A stretch of 64,000 nucleotides of DNA, taken from Octopus sinensis. Its lineage: Eukaryota. Position numbers and translations under genes: made by a program. Shown one piece after another: positions 63,660 through 64,000 of this stretch; within the stretch, counting starts at the first letter, position 1, and the number at the start of each line of letters is the position of its first letter. The stretch lies in contig NC_043004.1 in assembly GCF_006345805.1 (NCBI RefSeq), positions 102,238,001 to 102,302,000 of the forward strand. Direction: 5' to 3'. The notes under the pieces are model-generated. The model did no database searches, was not told the origin of the DNA, and saw only the letters and a program-made list of their open reading frames with translations.

Positions 63660-64000
63660 AGATCCGATTGGGAAGGTTCGGTGATTAGTCACGGAAGACC
63701 ATCGTGTAACAATTCATGATATTCTAGTATTTTTTGTAGTCATACCATGAGTTGGCCATACCTGTCTTCTTGATCCTTTCTGTGTTGTTCCAGGATTTAC
63801 TTCTGTATAGCGAGCAGATCCCATTTGCATCATTCTCTATGACGGCCTCGTACTTAGCCTTGGCTCCTTTGTAGACTCTAATCGTGTCCCTTTGGCTGCA
63901 GCCAGAGAATCGCATGCAGTGGATGAAGTGTCGTATGTGTCTTTCCAATTCCGTTGGGTCGCACATGCGGAACATATTCCTCATCACTCTTACCAAGTCC
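63660..64000 (-). pseudogene. Penelope-like element RT C-terminal (thumb-distal) fragment, runs off the window
   Basis: FIHCMRFSGCSQRDTIRVYKGAKAKYE...DANGICSLYRSKSWNNTERIKK...SWY matches the M..SGY...R..I..G...YE...G..PLYR...W...R.KK....WY pattern I associate with PLE RTs. Confidence 0.65.

Overview
AT-rich, repeat-dense eukaryotic genomic DNA. The SINE/LINE/MITE families and microsatellite load point to an octopus (coleoid cephalopod); this is recognition and inference, not a database result. One host gene is supported on the + strand: six in-frame coding exons (1690-1838, 30859-31004, 37777-37875, 41697-41807, 44225-44314, 46448-46663) encoding a type II membrane glycoprotein with a luminal coiled coil that resembles EFCAB14/KIAA0494. 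Its first exon lies upstream of the window, it ends in a Thr-rich tail with no EF-hand, and a probable 3'UTR exon lies at 50161 to about 51370. The rest is intron or intergenic DNA full of mobile elements: a young 5'-truncated RTE LINE with a PHD finger inside its RT, many RTE 3'UTR copies (one amplified into a 2.6-kb higher-order array), several tRNA-derived SINE families, piggyBac-type and hAT MITEs, a non-autonomous Helitron, three mariner copies, and CR1, RTE-BovB and Penelope-like fragments. The most notable items are two antisense Penelope-type minimal hammerhead ribozyme motifs sitting in (TA)n tracts, a 5.1-kb hAT element with exact 8-bp TSDs that contains a full-length mariner and a SINE whose tRNA head is split by an ORF1-only LINE, a candidate 9-nt in-frame microexon, and a 270-bp near-perfect foldback. 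Nearly all long ORFs in the supplied track are artefacts of repeats.
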